Positions 51,164 through 64,000 of a stretch of DNA of 64,000 nucleotides are shown here, one piece after another. Within the stretch, counting starts at the first letter, position 1. Every line of letters begins with the position of its first letter. Source of the stretch: Botryllus schlosseri (Eukaryota); the NCBI GenBank assembly GCA_051294905.1, contig CM119372.1, forward strand, positions 38,938,001-39,002,000. Direction: 5' to 3'. The notes under the pieces are model-generated. The model made no database searches. It was not told the origin of the DNA and was given only the letters and a program-made list of their open reading frames with translations. A program made the position numbers and the translations under genes.

Positions 51164-53095
51164 ATATACAATTGAATAAATCGAAATATTTTTGTTTGAT
51201 ACTTATCAGGAGTAATCGTCAGCAGCATGTAGATACAGTATACAATTGACTAACAGATGTATACAAAGTATAGTCTAACTCATTTCTTCATACTACTCGA
51301 GTACTCTTCATACCATTGATTTTTTGCTTCAACAAGTAGATTTCAATATCCAATTGACTAGCAAACGTCTGCAAAATCTGGTCTTAACCTACTTTTGCAA
51401 ACTACTTCATGAGTACAATTTACCATGATATGATGGGTTATCTTATAAGTGTATGTGTGCGCAAGAGCGACCCACAATAGGTAGAAAGTTCCTGCCACTG
51501 TCCTTTTCAGGTTTGATAGACTTGTGCACAACCAATGATATATAAATGATTATTCACAGCATATACTTTGTATAGTCATTTAATTGTAATGTTGTCCATG
51601 TCCAGTTTGTCAACTCTTACAATCATAGTTGACTTGTAAGATGGTGACTACGAAGAATGGGACGGAATAGAGACTGTCCAACAATCCCCTTCACTCAACA
51701 AATTTCCGAACTTACACATCACCACCTATTCCCTCAACGGTCGAGGTGATCATGGAAGAAGTTGATCGAATCCGAGCGTCATAACAATGTGTCATCGGAT
51801 GGGTATTACAGAAGCAGGATTTTGAACAGCTTAAATACCTCACCTCTTCATGGACTCCTAAATGCGCTGATACTAGTCGTGACTAAATTTCAATGAGGAT
51901 ACCAACACCATAATATCATTGAGAATTTTATACAGGGTATATGGAATGGGACTGAACAATGTTGTTTCGGACCTGGTTACAACACACCACCAGATAACCG
52001 CACCGACCTAACAGTATAGCAGGGCTGTCAAACACAAAACCGGCGGACCGGATGAGGTCTAACAGACGACTTCATCCGGCCCATGCAGAAATCTGTTGCA
52101 GACCCAAGCAATCACCAGAGCTCACATTAGAGATGGCCCAATTCAAAACCACTCCACTCCTGTGTACAGTCGACAGGCGAAGTTTGGCTAGTGTGACGTC
52201 ATATTCACTGACAATGTGTTTATACTTCATTGTAAAATCCGCTAGTGGGCGCTAAAGAGTTTCCGGAATTTGATCCACAAAAAGATGGTAACCCTAGTAA
52301 AGATTACAGCCAGCAACAAGATCTTATCAGCAGCGTGAAACTTTCTACATCCATATACCACTATAACAGTACATTTCGGTGCTCTGATAGATGTTTGCCA
52401 GCAATTGGGCGTATTGCAGCAGAGAATGTGACATTTTACTTATTTGGGTGGGTCCACACGTTTGAATGCTGCATACATGTGTCAACTGTTACCCCATATA
52501 ATTCACCTGCGAATAGATGTGACAGTACGGTTGGAAAACCAGATAAAGCTAGGAAACTGCATTGTAGCGAACAATCGGAGCGCGCCATTGTCAGTTTTAT
52601 AGTCATTGTATGGCGATTGATCGGAGCAATGCTCATTTTCGGCAATTTAGGTGCAATTTTGTTGTAGTATTAGCAGGGGCCTGACATGATTATAATATAT
52701 ATTTTAGGAATCATTGCGACAGTAGCTTTTATTCAAAACCAATGTTAATAAATTTTTCGGTAATATCGCAAGCTAAGCTATGTAATTACTATATTTCTTT
52801 CCACACCTACAAGAAATTGTGAGCCCTGTCTGGTTGCGAAGCCGCGTAAAGCGAAGCGACATGCTTTGCATCTACCTGTAGGTTCGATAAATCAAGCCAA
52901 CAATGACCAACATTGGGCGAGACTTGATAATTAGGTATCATTATTGCCACCTAGGGTCCAACACAGAACCGGGTCAATATATAGATAGGGAGATACAAGA
53001 GAGAGCCTGTCTGTTTCAATTCATACCAACAGAGGCTTGGACGTTACTTAAGTTAATTTATTATCCTAAAATTCACAACTCAGAATACTATAGCT

Positions 53096-56027
53096 CAGTG
53101 CTTTTCAACCTTTTTGAGCTCCGTTCGCCCTTTTTTTGTAAAATAAATTTCGTTCGCACAAACTAACCGAAAATTGTTATACAAAAAGAACAACATTTTG
53201 TTCAGATGTGCAACAAATTGGCTAAGCTTAAGCTATGAAGTGTCTCAATAAAAATGCAACTATTTTCGCTAGTTTTGATTTCAGCTATTTCACTGAAACC
53301 CTTCTCGGCCAAACAAGTTGTTGGATTTTGTACAAGAACATCTACTAGTGCTTGGATGGCCAGGTCTTAAAATCTGTTCTGCACTTCTAACCAAAATACA
53401 GCGTATTTTTCGCGAGTGAAAAATGCTTGCTGGCAGAAATCGTTTTTGAGAGCTGACACAAAGATCTCGGTGGCTCCAGTTTGTCGAGAGGGTGAAAACC
53501 CACATGTTTGTGTTGAGGGCTTTTGCCTTGTGTCTTGGGAAATAAGATCTAAAAATGGTCAAGGAGAGTAGCTGCATTAGAGCTCGCTACCTTTTGATAC
53601 GTTGCTCCTACTTGTGTTCTGTTTTTTTTTTCGATTTCCTATTTTCTATCTCGCGAGTAAATGAGAAAAACAAATAAAGTCACGATACTGTGAGTTCTGC
53701 TCTTTAGCCCAATCAAACTCGAGGAATTACAACAGTTTATTAACGGTAAGGCAGCTTTTTAGACTACCACCAACATCTGAGTTTTAGCGTCATCTCGCGA
53801 CCCGAGCCTTACCCTTGAAAAGGAATTTATTTTTAATAATACAGTATCATGCTGCGATTTCACGGACATGTATGACATACAGAACGCGCACACCACAATC
53901 CTACCCAAAACAGCTCTACAAAACATGTCTGACGCACGAGATTTCAAATTAGGGTGAATTAAATTCCTCTGCAAGTCGCAGTTATTACTGTGACTACTGT
54001 CTACTCAGATTGCCAGAACGGGACTATTCCGTGCCTACAACGGATCATATCCATATCGAAAGGTTTGGCCATCCAGCATCGGTCATTTTTGTCCGAGGTT
54101 TTGTCGCCGCTAATGTTTTTGTAGGGATGGTGTGAACCTCTGAAAGGTTCAGGTTCGTGTGAACGCGAACCTTTTTGAAAGGTTCTGTGTGAACACGAAC
54201 GTGAACCTCGTGACGTCATATTGCTAATTCCAACCCTTTCTTTCAATGAAGTGATAGCCTATGCCCTATATTAATGTGCACGATACCTATAGCGAAGATT
54301 CGGCCCACATAATGCCACAATGCTGAAGTACATATCGGCATTTTAAACGTCCCTAAATGTATCAACCGCAGTAATCAAAGGATATAATAATTGCATAAAA
54401 TCAGTACATTCCGTCGCTTTGCGAACAATTTCGACGAGGACTTACCAAGGAATATAAGCTTACGCCTTAACCGTCTTAGCCACACCGGACAATGTGTTCG
54501 GAATCTTGACTATTGCTACATTGATATTGAGCAGAGTTTACAACGGGTTTCTATACTCGCTACCGATACCACAAACAACAAGTTATGCAACAGTAGCAAG
54601 CACCTTAATCGCACGGATTTGGTTTTAATGATACAGTAAATATATGAAGTCAAGATTGACCCAGTGCGACCGTTCGATTTTTAACATCAGAAACCGATAT
54701 CAATGTCATTGATTGGTTGAATAAGCATCATTCGTGGACTACGTATATCGATTGCGGGTCAAGCTCACAGCAATGAGTCACTAATTTTTCACAAACGGAG
54801 AGCTGGATATTCCGAGAAAATTTTTGCAACAAAGAAAGTAAAACTTTTAAGGTTGTCGAGGTGCATGGTGCATGCTCGTTTAGTATTGATTTTTTATGCT
54901 GCCAGCACCATGCGTGGAGTGGCCCGAAGTTGGAATGCAATAAATTCGAGCCAAAGATGGAGTGAAAATTACAATTTACCAAAAGGTTCACAGTGCAGAA
55001 CCTACCAGGGTTCTGTTGTGAACGCGAACCTCTAAATTTCCGAGGTTCACACACAGAACGCGAACGTGAACCTCAAGTTCACACCATCCCTATGTTTTTG
55101 GCACCGCATTTTATCGGCGGTTTGTTGGCCAAAACTTAAAGTCTTCGTGTGCACCGACGCAGAGGTGGTTGTGTTGGCCTCGAAATGAATGAGTCTCATA
55201 GGCCTGAAGTCGCTCGTTGCTCACCCCTACACTATAGTTCATCCCAACGGTCTTCGACCATGTTTCCGTGAAAAACCAGTCGGACAAATCTTATCATTAA
55301 TTCTCATGATAAAGCCATATTTCTGTGTGTTTCGCTTATTGGCTACAGTACCCAACACAGTGACCTTGGATATGTGAAAACTGTGGCAGGATTTTTTGCA
55401 ATAAATTCAACAAATATTACATACATCTTAACGGATAGCTCTGGCACCGTGACGACCCAAAATTATACCCATTGCGGTCCATACATTATTAGCCCTTGTA
55501 TGACGCAATTTACGTTACTGCAACTTGCAAATGTGAGTTTGTAATGATGGTATATACTATGTTATCCTCGTGCTTCGCGCTAATCGAACAGATTATTACG
55601 AAAATATGATGTTTGTTTAGCGAAAGAAAGCAGAAAGTCAATTTGACGTCATTTTTTCAGCCCGTCTCAGGCTCAGACTGGCTGATATACTGATGTCTGC
55701 CACTACACCAGCTTCCAAACCAGGATTTCGGTTACGTAATAATTAAAGTTCGAGAATATTAATTCACTACGGCTTGTGACAGCTACGATTAGTGGTGCGT
55801 CGTAAGTTAAGCAAGTTTTTACAATTGCGTCTCAACCACAAAAGTTACACTGCCCTTGAATTTCGTATTAGGTTTATTTGAATTATTCCACATCAGAAAA
55901 ATTATCAATCATGCACGATTTTCATTCGCACTCATCCGGATTTTTCATTCGCACCACCTCCGTCATTCGCACTGCAATTTTTTTCATTCGCACCAGTGCG
56001 AACCGTCACACAGGTTGAAAAGCACTG
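53096..56027. mobile_element. Non-autonomous hAT, copy 2 of the 39050 family
   Basis: Perfect TSD ctatagct; contains nested 54122-55092. Confidence 0.95.
54122..55092. mobile_element. TAGGGATGGTGTGAAC-family MITE nested in 53096-56027
   Basis: Perfect TSD tgtttttg; empty site in copy 1 (~40040). Confidence 0.95.
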
Positions 56028-56199
56028 CTATAGCTCAACACCAAAATTTTAGCAAATTCTTCATTGTCATTTCCTTCATTGTGCCAGGTGCGTGAATAGA
56101 GGCTCTGAAAACAAATTGCTGGATCATCTATAATGAGATCTCACTAGTGGGAAAATGACGATCCATGCAAACATACGTGGATAAAAGTACGGTTATGGT

Positions 56200-56377
56200 A
56201 GTAAAAATTCAGGATTTTAGCTATTGTTGCAAATTTGCAATTCATGTCGTTATATAGTCTACGACGGTGCAGAAGAGAGTGGCTACAGCGATTGCGAATA
56301 ACACCTTCCACACACCAGGGAGAGCATTCCAGAACGGCGTGGTTATCAACCGGAGATAAAAATTACATGATGTAGAT
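56200..56377 (-). pseudogene. Decayed duplicate of the candidate TM exon (ITTPFWNALPGVWKVLFAIAVATLFCTVVDY)
   Basis: Aligns by eye to 41730-41890; ATG->ATA, acceptor ctcag->ctccg, 2-nt insertion causing a frameshift and stop. Confidence 0.5.
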
Positions 56378-57189
56378 CAGTGGTACGCAATTATTTTTCC
56401 CGGCGGGTTTCGAGCTTTCGACCAGAGGTCGGCAACTTCTGGTAGCGTGCCAAATCCGTTTCATTTAAGCGGAGTGACGGGTATGCGAGTCGACGGATTA
56501 TCACGCGCTCACTTAACAACCATCAACTAAAACACGCTTGCAGTGACGATATGTCGCATTCGTACATCGGATCTAATTTTGAGGACGTGAGCTTATTTAT
56601 ATGGTATATGATATACGTGGAATCAAGTTTACGAGGAAGTTTGACACGCGGGATGAATTTTCATGGCACGCCAAATCATTTGACGCGCGCGACATATTAT
56701 AACCATGTCTGTTGCAAAAAGTGCAACAGAAGATCCCGAAATGGGAATTCTTGACACCATCAACAGCCGAATGCCGCCTATAATCACTTCTAAATCAGTG
56801 ATTCTTAACCCTTTTTCCTACAGCGCCTCTCTTTCAAAAGTTGCCTAGGTCTGGCGCCCACCCCCATATTTTAAGGACTGCCGTCATAAAAAATTGGTAA
56901 GAGGTCCAAGTTGCGGTCGGTCTTTTCAGTTCCTCTTCGCGCGAAATAGTCTCATCTAATTTAATCGAATATTACGAATACATTAAACAATAGCTATGAT
57001 GCGGTCGTGACCGAAATTTATCCCTGCCGCTACCCATACTTCAGGAACCACCGGTGCAATGATGCCGTTGCCTGTTTCAGATAAGCATAGTTGGTGGGTT
57101 TTCTCGCTTGGAACGATAAATATGTCAAAAATCTGAAAGTTTGGCTCGCGAATCGGCAATATTTTGAAATTTGGCACGCGGCATACGAA

Positions 57190-59200
57190 TAGGGTTGCAT
57201 TTAAAACAAAGGCATATTAAAAAAATTGTTTTTTTTTTCAAGTTGTTAGATTATGCCAGTGGTTCTCAACAGGTGTGCCGCGGCACACTAGTGTGCCAAT
57301 TGGACTGCTCAGGTGTGCCGCGAGCAAATGTGGTAAACTATGTCGAAGTATAAGAAAAATCCAAATTTTGAGTGTGTCATTGTTGGTTTTTTTTATTGAA
57401 TTTACCCGATCAAGACACGCGATGCACAATGTGATGCAGTAACAGATATAAGGATGTCAAGGCGACCGTATCTCAATCTGACATCCCCATTAGGTCATGG
57501 ATTGGGTCTTTATTTGGGCTTCATATTTTAAAGACGCTTTGAGCACAGCAACGTATAGGGCGGAGAATCTAATACATCTGCGATTCTTCGTAACTCGCTA
57601 CTGCACTGCCATGAATCAAACTGGGGCCTCCACCGTCAATGGGGGTGATACGCTAGTTTGCCCACGCATAGTAGCATTTAGAACGGTGATAACTAAACTC
57701 GGGCAATTGTACCGTGATATTGAGGTGTGGATGAAGGTGTTCACCTTATACTTGTCACCCCCATCAGAACCGGATGCAGAACAGGGACATGACGCAGATT
57801 GATGACCTTTTTCTGTTTCTATTTGTGGTCGTATTCTTGCCATGTCTTTGTAATCGATGATCATTTTACACCATACCGATATTACTTATTTTGATTCCTG
57901 AGATGCCAACCTATAGCACGGCCCCCCAATTTTTGTAAGACACTGCTTTTGCGGATCGGAGGACGAGTAGCAGCCTACATAAACCTCCAACACCTAGGAA
58001 GGCATTCTCACAATCGAGAAATGAACTCATTTGGAAGTGATGTTCACGTTTACAAATTAGAATTACCAACATAGCCATTCACATTGCGATTGTTAGGTAG
58101 CGTGCCAGCACTGGAGGTAAAATGTAGGCTCAGGGCACAAAGTTATGTTGCAGGCGGCAAATTAGAGAATTGAGAATAAAGTTGATAAAATTATATCAGT
58201 TACAAATTTCTCATCGCGGAGGTTTATTATTCCGGTTTGTTGGAACTGCAATACAACTGCGGGTGGCTGCCAGCAACACTATTGAGGTATACTATCCCCA
58301 CAGGTGCCATTACACGATCTGCGTGGAATTGCGTTTGGCATAATATACTTCTACGCCTCTGTATCGGTTAGTGGCGATCGCGACTGGACTCTTCAATGCG
58401 ACGGTTAATTACATCGACAATGCGTTAGTGGGCAGACTTTATTGTCAAGCCAATCTCATGAAATTAAGCTCAACCTGAAGTTTAAACGAGATCCCAGCAG
58501 GCCAGTTATGTGGTAAGCGGATAATTCAAAACCTCGCACGGAAGCGGAGAAAGTTATTCTTCCGGCCTGCAATAAAATTGTAAAGAAATGTTTGGGAAGA
58601 ATGGTAAACGATTCTCGTGTCTAATGATACCATTCGCATACGTATTCGGGAGATGTCCGCTGAGATAAAAGAAAACTCAAGCAGAGAGAAGCCTACTTTA
58701 GTAGTACTTCATCAGTGCCCACTGCCCGCCTCTGTAAGACTATGGTTGCTGCTATACGCATTCTGGTAGTTTGCCTGTGCCGTAAGCCAAAAGAATTCAG
58801 AACCACTGTGCTAGTGTGCCGCGAAGTATTTTTCGTTTTCAAAGTGTGCCGCGAGGTCAAAAAGGTTGAGAACCACTGGATTATGCCATAATTCTGTAAA
58901 TACTTCCCAAAAACATGTTGTGTTCGCCTGCGGACAATTACAACCCGATATAGCCGACGTATATCTATATGGGAAGAATGGAACCTCAAAACAGTCAGTT
59001 CAACAGCTATAGTACAGATATTTCGTCAAAGAAGTAATATTTACCCTATATTTTTAAGTGTCAATGTCAATCCACTATGACGTCACAATTAAATATTCGT
59101 GACTTCATGGCTCATAAAAACAATAAAAACATGTTTTAAACAAGGGTCTTATTTTAAACATGTTTGTTTTAAATTGATTTTTGTTTTAAATGCAACCCTA
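57190..59200. mobile_element. hAT-like MITE (TIR TAGGGTTGCATTTAAAACAAA) hosting 57257-58878
   Basis: 21-bp TIR; degenerate TSD catacgaa/tataccaa. Confidence 0.8.
57257..58878 (+). mobile_element. Buster/Charlie-type hAT derivative with transposase remnant (~58490-58690)
   Basis: TIR CAGTGGTTCTCAAC; perfect TSD gattatgc; frameshifted remnant QQASYVVS...TEAEKVILPACNKIVK...SNDTIRIRIREMSAEIKE. Confidence 0.92.
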
Positions 59201-59607
59201 TATACCAACGGGTGTCTGATTCCAAAGACTACTTCAAGTCGTTCCCACACCTTCCTATCTTTTCATTGTATCGTATTTTTATGGTGTATTGAACAGATAA
59301 AAATTTCTAATAAACCGAACTGGAACTGGAACCTCTTGTTGAAACTATATTCTGCGCAATGCAGTTTTAATTCGAAATTCGAAGCAGTGAAATACATTGT
59401 TAACAAATGCTGCTGAGCGAATGTGCTACTATTAGGCTGCTTTCCGAGCTATGCATGGCTGCGCAAAATAGGCCCGCAAGCCTCGCTAGCAGGTCTCCGC
59501 ATCCTATCGGGTGAATGTATTTCGCTGCATGAGTTTTTATCATATTACCGTCTCTAATTACATTCCCTCAACAGTCAACACAGAGACCTCGTGGGTGCTC
59601 ATCATAA

Positions 59608-59780
59608 ACGAATAGACCAGTTCACGGCTAACTTCAGTAAACAAAATTCAGTGCTCCAAATCTTGTTGAAATGTCAGCCATCGGCCGCACAATGCACGAA
59701 TAGCCCGGTTCACGGCTATAAACTTCAGTAAACAAAATTTAGTGCTCCAAATCTTGTTGAAATGTCAGCCATCGGGCGCA
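59608..59780. repeat. Tandem duplication, two units of ~88 bp
   Basis: ACGAATAG...TTCACGGCTA...AAATCTTGTTGAAATGTCAGCCATCGG.CGCAC repeated twice. Confidence 0.9.
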
Positions 59781-61148
59781 CCTTTCATTGCTTGACATAT
59801 CATCGTTTGTGAGTGAGGATGATCGCTAATCACGTGCACTGATTGCACTATTTCACGAATTAGGATTGAGAAACGAATGACTACGGCTGGGCAAAATCGA
59901 GTACTTGATTGATTCGATTCTGTATCACGTATTACGCTTAGAGTATAGCCGAGTATTCGAGCATCACTCATTCTGACGTCACAACGGAATGTCATTTGTC
60001 AAAGTTCAAATATGTACCTTTTATGCCAGGACAAATAACATAATGCTTGTTATCCGTCACATTAAAGATACGTTAGTATTTTTTCGACCATACCGATTTC
60101 ACTGCTCTTCTTGACAATGTTGTGGGATGATCATGACTTCGGAAATGTGTTATTTCCAGTAACGTTCGTAGCTTTGTACAATGTCTCGTGTGCTGCGACA
60201 TGGGCAATCAAGGTTTCAAGGCTTCAACAGTGGAAAATGGCAGCAGAACTATAATTCTCGTTGGTAAATTAACTTTCAGTTGCAAGAAGCGTATCATTTC
60301 AGTACTCAAAAAAATCGTGTTTTACTACTCGACTCGAATCATTCAAATTAATACTCGATTCAGATTTGAGAACTCGGATCCTTGGGCCCAGTTCTACGAA
60401 TGTCCTAACAGTTTAACGCGCAGACTTGGCAACAAACGAGATTTGAACTTTAATATGGAAAAAGTGACTATAATTGCTACGGCATACTTGGATTACTCAC
60501 ACTATGTACGTAGGTTAGCCTACGTATAATCACTTAACATAAATAGACTTGACTTCAAAGTAAATACGTTTCCAGTTCAGTTCATGCAGCTCATTAATGT
60601 TTTATGGTCTTAATGCCGTCGAACCTTTCACGGGTCGCATTTGGACCGCGACCGTACAATGTCCAGGTCTAATGTAGATAAATTGCAAGCATTGGTATAA
60701 CAGAGGGCAAACTTGTTTGTGAGGGAAGCCCGAAATATTTTTGGGTGGTTGCGTGGACTCCCGTATCGTGACCTAGGCCGACAAAAATTGATGGAACGGA
60801 ATAACCAGTTTTTTTTCAAAATTTAACGACAGCCAAAATATCTGAAGAGCCTAGCCACGAAATGGGGGAAGCTATTTGTAACGGGCGAATAACTGCAGTC
60901 ACGTGCCGGGGTTTTCCCTGTTCATGTTTTCATTGTCGGGCTCAAGAAATGTGCAGTGCCCAAAGGATTGTCTTTTAATTTGTTTATATTATTTTCGTTT
61001 AGAGCGAGTTAAATATTATTAACCGTTTCCAAAAAACATCATAAACCATCTAATGGCTGTTATAAAGATACGGGACGTGTTCGCATCAAGACCGCTGAGC
61101 AGGTTTACTTTGATGTAGCAGTACACAATCGACTCGAATGATCTAAAG

Positions 61149-61413
61149 CAGTGGTTCCCAACCTGGGGGGGGGGGGCGCCCCCTGGGGGGATGGGGGCCT
61201 GAAAGCCTTCAATTCATGCGTGTTTCTCTATATATAGACCGAATTTCAGATTTTTAAATTCTCTCATCAACAGTCATAACCTTTCATGCCATCAAACAAT
61301 CTGTTGAGGTTGCTAGCATCCCGGTTCGATTTTGTGATATGACGATATGGGGCGCGCGAAATTTTTCACTATCATAAAGGGGGGCGTGTCTAAAAAAAGG
61401 TTAGGAACCACTG
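61149..61413. mobile_element. Charlie-like hAT MITE
   Basis: CAGTGGTTCC ends; perfect TSD atctaaag. Confidence 0.92.
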
Positions 61414-61526
61414 ATCTAAAGTAACTGTTCCACTATTCACCAAATAAAATAAGTCAGCCAAATCACAGCCTCATCTCATTGTCATCTACTATATTTGATG
61501 CCTGCGAAAAGTAATATCATGTATAA

Positions 61527-62787
61527 CAGTGGTCGGGAACCTTTTTCGTCCGAAGAGCCATTTTGGCCAAATTTTTTCTATTTCAACTCCCAAAGAGCCA
61601 TACATGTCAATCAACTGTTACGTCACAATTGAAAATTTGTGACGTCATGCTAGCACTTAAACAATCTCACTGCAGGGGATTCATTGTGTTCCGCCTCGTT
61701 TCCTCTGTAAAAACTCGTACTAATCATGCTGGTATAACCTTATTCGAGCATGCGAACCTTGAGTTACGAGAGCGTGGCTTCGTACTGATGCTCCTTTTAA
61801 ATGCGAGAACCCATGATTACATGCGTAAGTGGAGCCAAACATGGTCATTACAGGAGCAGTACATGCCCAACACAAGGTGCGTCACATCAGTGACGTGGGG
61901 TCAGGGGAGCCAAGTGAGGCAGTTCGTCACCTGTCGCCAGGATGAGTGAACGAAAATAGTGAAATCTTCAATTACTAACGATATTTTCTATGGATGTTCA
62001 TGAATGACAGCATTTTGAACATTTTCCTCCCTAAATTAGTAAATTTGCAAATTTCTTATTTGAAAATTAAGCCTGAAACGATAGGCTATGCAGACGGGCC
62101 AATCTTCACTATTGATACCGTAATTCATCGCAAATAGCTTAGAATTTATAATAGCCTAACTGATTAATTGAATATAAGATGGTCGCATTGATTCTCAATA
62201 TCTAAATACTGCTCGACTTCTCAATTCTCAAAGTATAAGGCGGAAACATATAACGTTGCGCCACACGCCGACATTTTATCTACTACAAAGCGGCTTACCA
62301 ATCCAAAACGTGGATAGCTACGGCGTTGTTTGTAATTCGAGTTTGTAATTGTGAATGTCACTTCCAAGGCAGTTCATTTCGCGCCGTAGATCATGAAGAC
62401 AGTGCGCATTTATTTGATAACTGCATCGTCATATGGGCATCGTCATGTCTGCTATTCTCTTTCGTCAATCAACGTATCGTGCAATTCAAAATTTCGAGTC
62501 GGGTACATCAAATTCGCGAGTGATATTGGTCGCCGGGCGACAGTAACTTCAATTTAGGGATTTTGAAAAGGGGGTCCGAGCCCCTAACCCTGGAGACGGC
62601 ATTGTCTTTACCTCTCGAAAGACATGTTTATAAGGTCACGAGAATAATTATTATGGTCGTGATGGAAATTTACTAAGGTGCAGCAACATTGATCAATTCA
62701 GTTAAAAATTAAATATTTGGAAAAGAGCCATATCTTATACCCAAAAGAGCCATATATGGCTCGCGAGCCATAGGTTCCCGATCGCTG
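61527..62787. mobile_element. hAT non-autonomous element with GAGCCA subterminal repeats
   Basis: CAGTGGTCGGGAACC / GGTTCCCGATCGCTG ends; TSD atgtataa/atgcataa (7/8). Confidence 0.88.
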
Positions 62788-63289
62788 ATGCATAACAAGC
62801 TACGTCATTATCGGTATGAGAGCAATTGATACTTCTGGTACTTATAATGTGACCTGTGGTGGACCACTGGAAATACGAATAGACGCAAGTCCAAAGTAAA
62901 GATAGATCTTATGAATAAGGGCGATATAGTTTTAAAGTTTAAAGTGGCAGTTTCTATATTGACTTTTAATAGACCCCTCAAAACTAATCCATGGATCAAA
63001 GGGGTAATGGACCACAGTTTAAGAGCCTGTGCTATATCAAATGACAATCGAGCGCTCTTTGGTACAGTGAATTCGTTTATACATGGCATCAAGTCGATAA
63101 ATATTGATATCGTGGCATTCATGCAATTCATGCAATATTTTTTGCTGTTTCTTTTATAATTATAGATCGTGTCAGTCATTATTCTGTGTATTTCGTGGAC
63201 GCAGAATACATACAAAAACTACGGAATTTGCCCATCAATGTACAAGCTATCAATGTTGTCAAGTTGTATATTTTGATAGTAACCTGAGG

Positions 63290-63395
63290 GATGTCATCCA
63301 CAATTAACTGATTAGTAAAATCAGAGGCATCATCGAAGTCATTTATATATATCAAAAACAAGAAAGTATCCAGTACGAATTTATGGTTTTTGACG
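63290..63395 (-). pseudogene. Highly decayed non-LTR reverse transcriptase fragment
   Basis: VLDTFLFLIYINDFDDASDFTNQLIVDD resembles the LGPLLFLIYINDL...LFADD motif. Confidence 0.45.
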
Positions 63396-63415
63396 TATTC
63401 AAGTAGGAACAAGTA

Positions 63416-63718
63416 GGGAGAGGTAGCGTAGTGGTGACGATAAGCGCCCACGAATCCGGCGGTGCCGGTTCGATTCCCGTCGGAGGTTCATCTGGGCTCC
63501 TCTTCCCCCGCCGTCGCCGTTCTTACGGCGACAAAAAAGCTGTTACGTCGGGCACTCTAGGCCGAGGTGGATGTCAGTCTAAAAGGATCGCAACTGCGTG
63601 TCGTTCGATATCCTCCTATCTGTTCATTATATCGCATTGTATCTTATCGCATTGTACATTGTGTGTGACTTGTTCAGATGAAAAATATAACCCAACGATT
63701 ATTGATTATTATTGATTA
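63416..63718 (+). mobile_element. tRNA-derived SINE, apparently full length
   Basis: Pol III A box TAGCGTAGTGG (63424-63434) and B box GGTTCGATTCC (63467-63477); body homologous to copies at 20599, 21858, 23730 and 59207; (ATT/ATTG)n tail. Confidence 0.8.
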
Positions 63719-64000
63719 CAATTAGTTTATGCATGTCTCCTCTAATTTCATAGTGGTGTAATATGCCTCTATCGCCAGTGCCAAACGCCTTTTACCGATC
63801 GAAATAAATACCAATGATTATTAGTTTGTTTAACAAGCTCTGATATGTGTTTTCAGCACTATCGATGGCAGCATGCAGGATCGAGTGTTTTTCTTTATTG
63901 GAAATCTTACAGAATATTGGTAGGTATTGGTATATTGGTAGTTATTCCGTACACGTCGCTTATTATTACGCCATAGCGGTGCATAAGGTGGTTGTTTGTG

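Noticed and set aside
63416..63490. tRNA gene
   Set aside because: A and B boxes are present but there is no convincing acceptor or anticodon stem, and it runs into a repeated body and tail, so it is a SINE head.

Overview
Eukaryotic, AT-rich animal DNA; the short GT-AG introns and repeat content suggest an invertebrate, but the species cannot be identified from sequence. Two host genes, both on the minus strand. (1) A complete 8-exon CRYL1 (lambda-crystallin / L-gulonate 3-dehydrogenase), CDS 20904->8890, 948 nt, 315 aa, reconstructed by hand with phase-compatible splice sites. (2) A GT31-family beta-1,3-glycosyltransferase (B3GNT-like) with a large catalytic exon at 28840->27735 and a tentative transmembrane first exon at 41864->41696. 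Most of the rest is a dense, multiply nested set of non-autonomous DNA transposons, mostly hAT-type with readable 8-bp target-site duplications (TSDs). There is also one Harbinger-type element, long foldback palindromes, LINE 3' ends, a tRNA-derived SINE family and decayed transposase fragments. Most short ORFs in the track are repeat noise. Most unusual observations: a TATAGA-ended foldback family with a conserved core but divergent, self-symmetric arms, one copy 78 bp upstream of the CRYL1 ATG; the same hAT family at near-homologous positions in two older duplicated segments; an atypical hAT transposase remnant; and an array of 14-bp GGCCGGCC palindromes. No CRISPR, rRNA or bona fide tRNA was found, and no new biological system is demonstrated.
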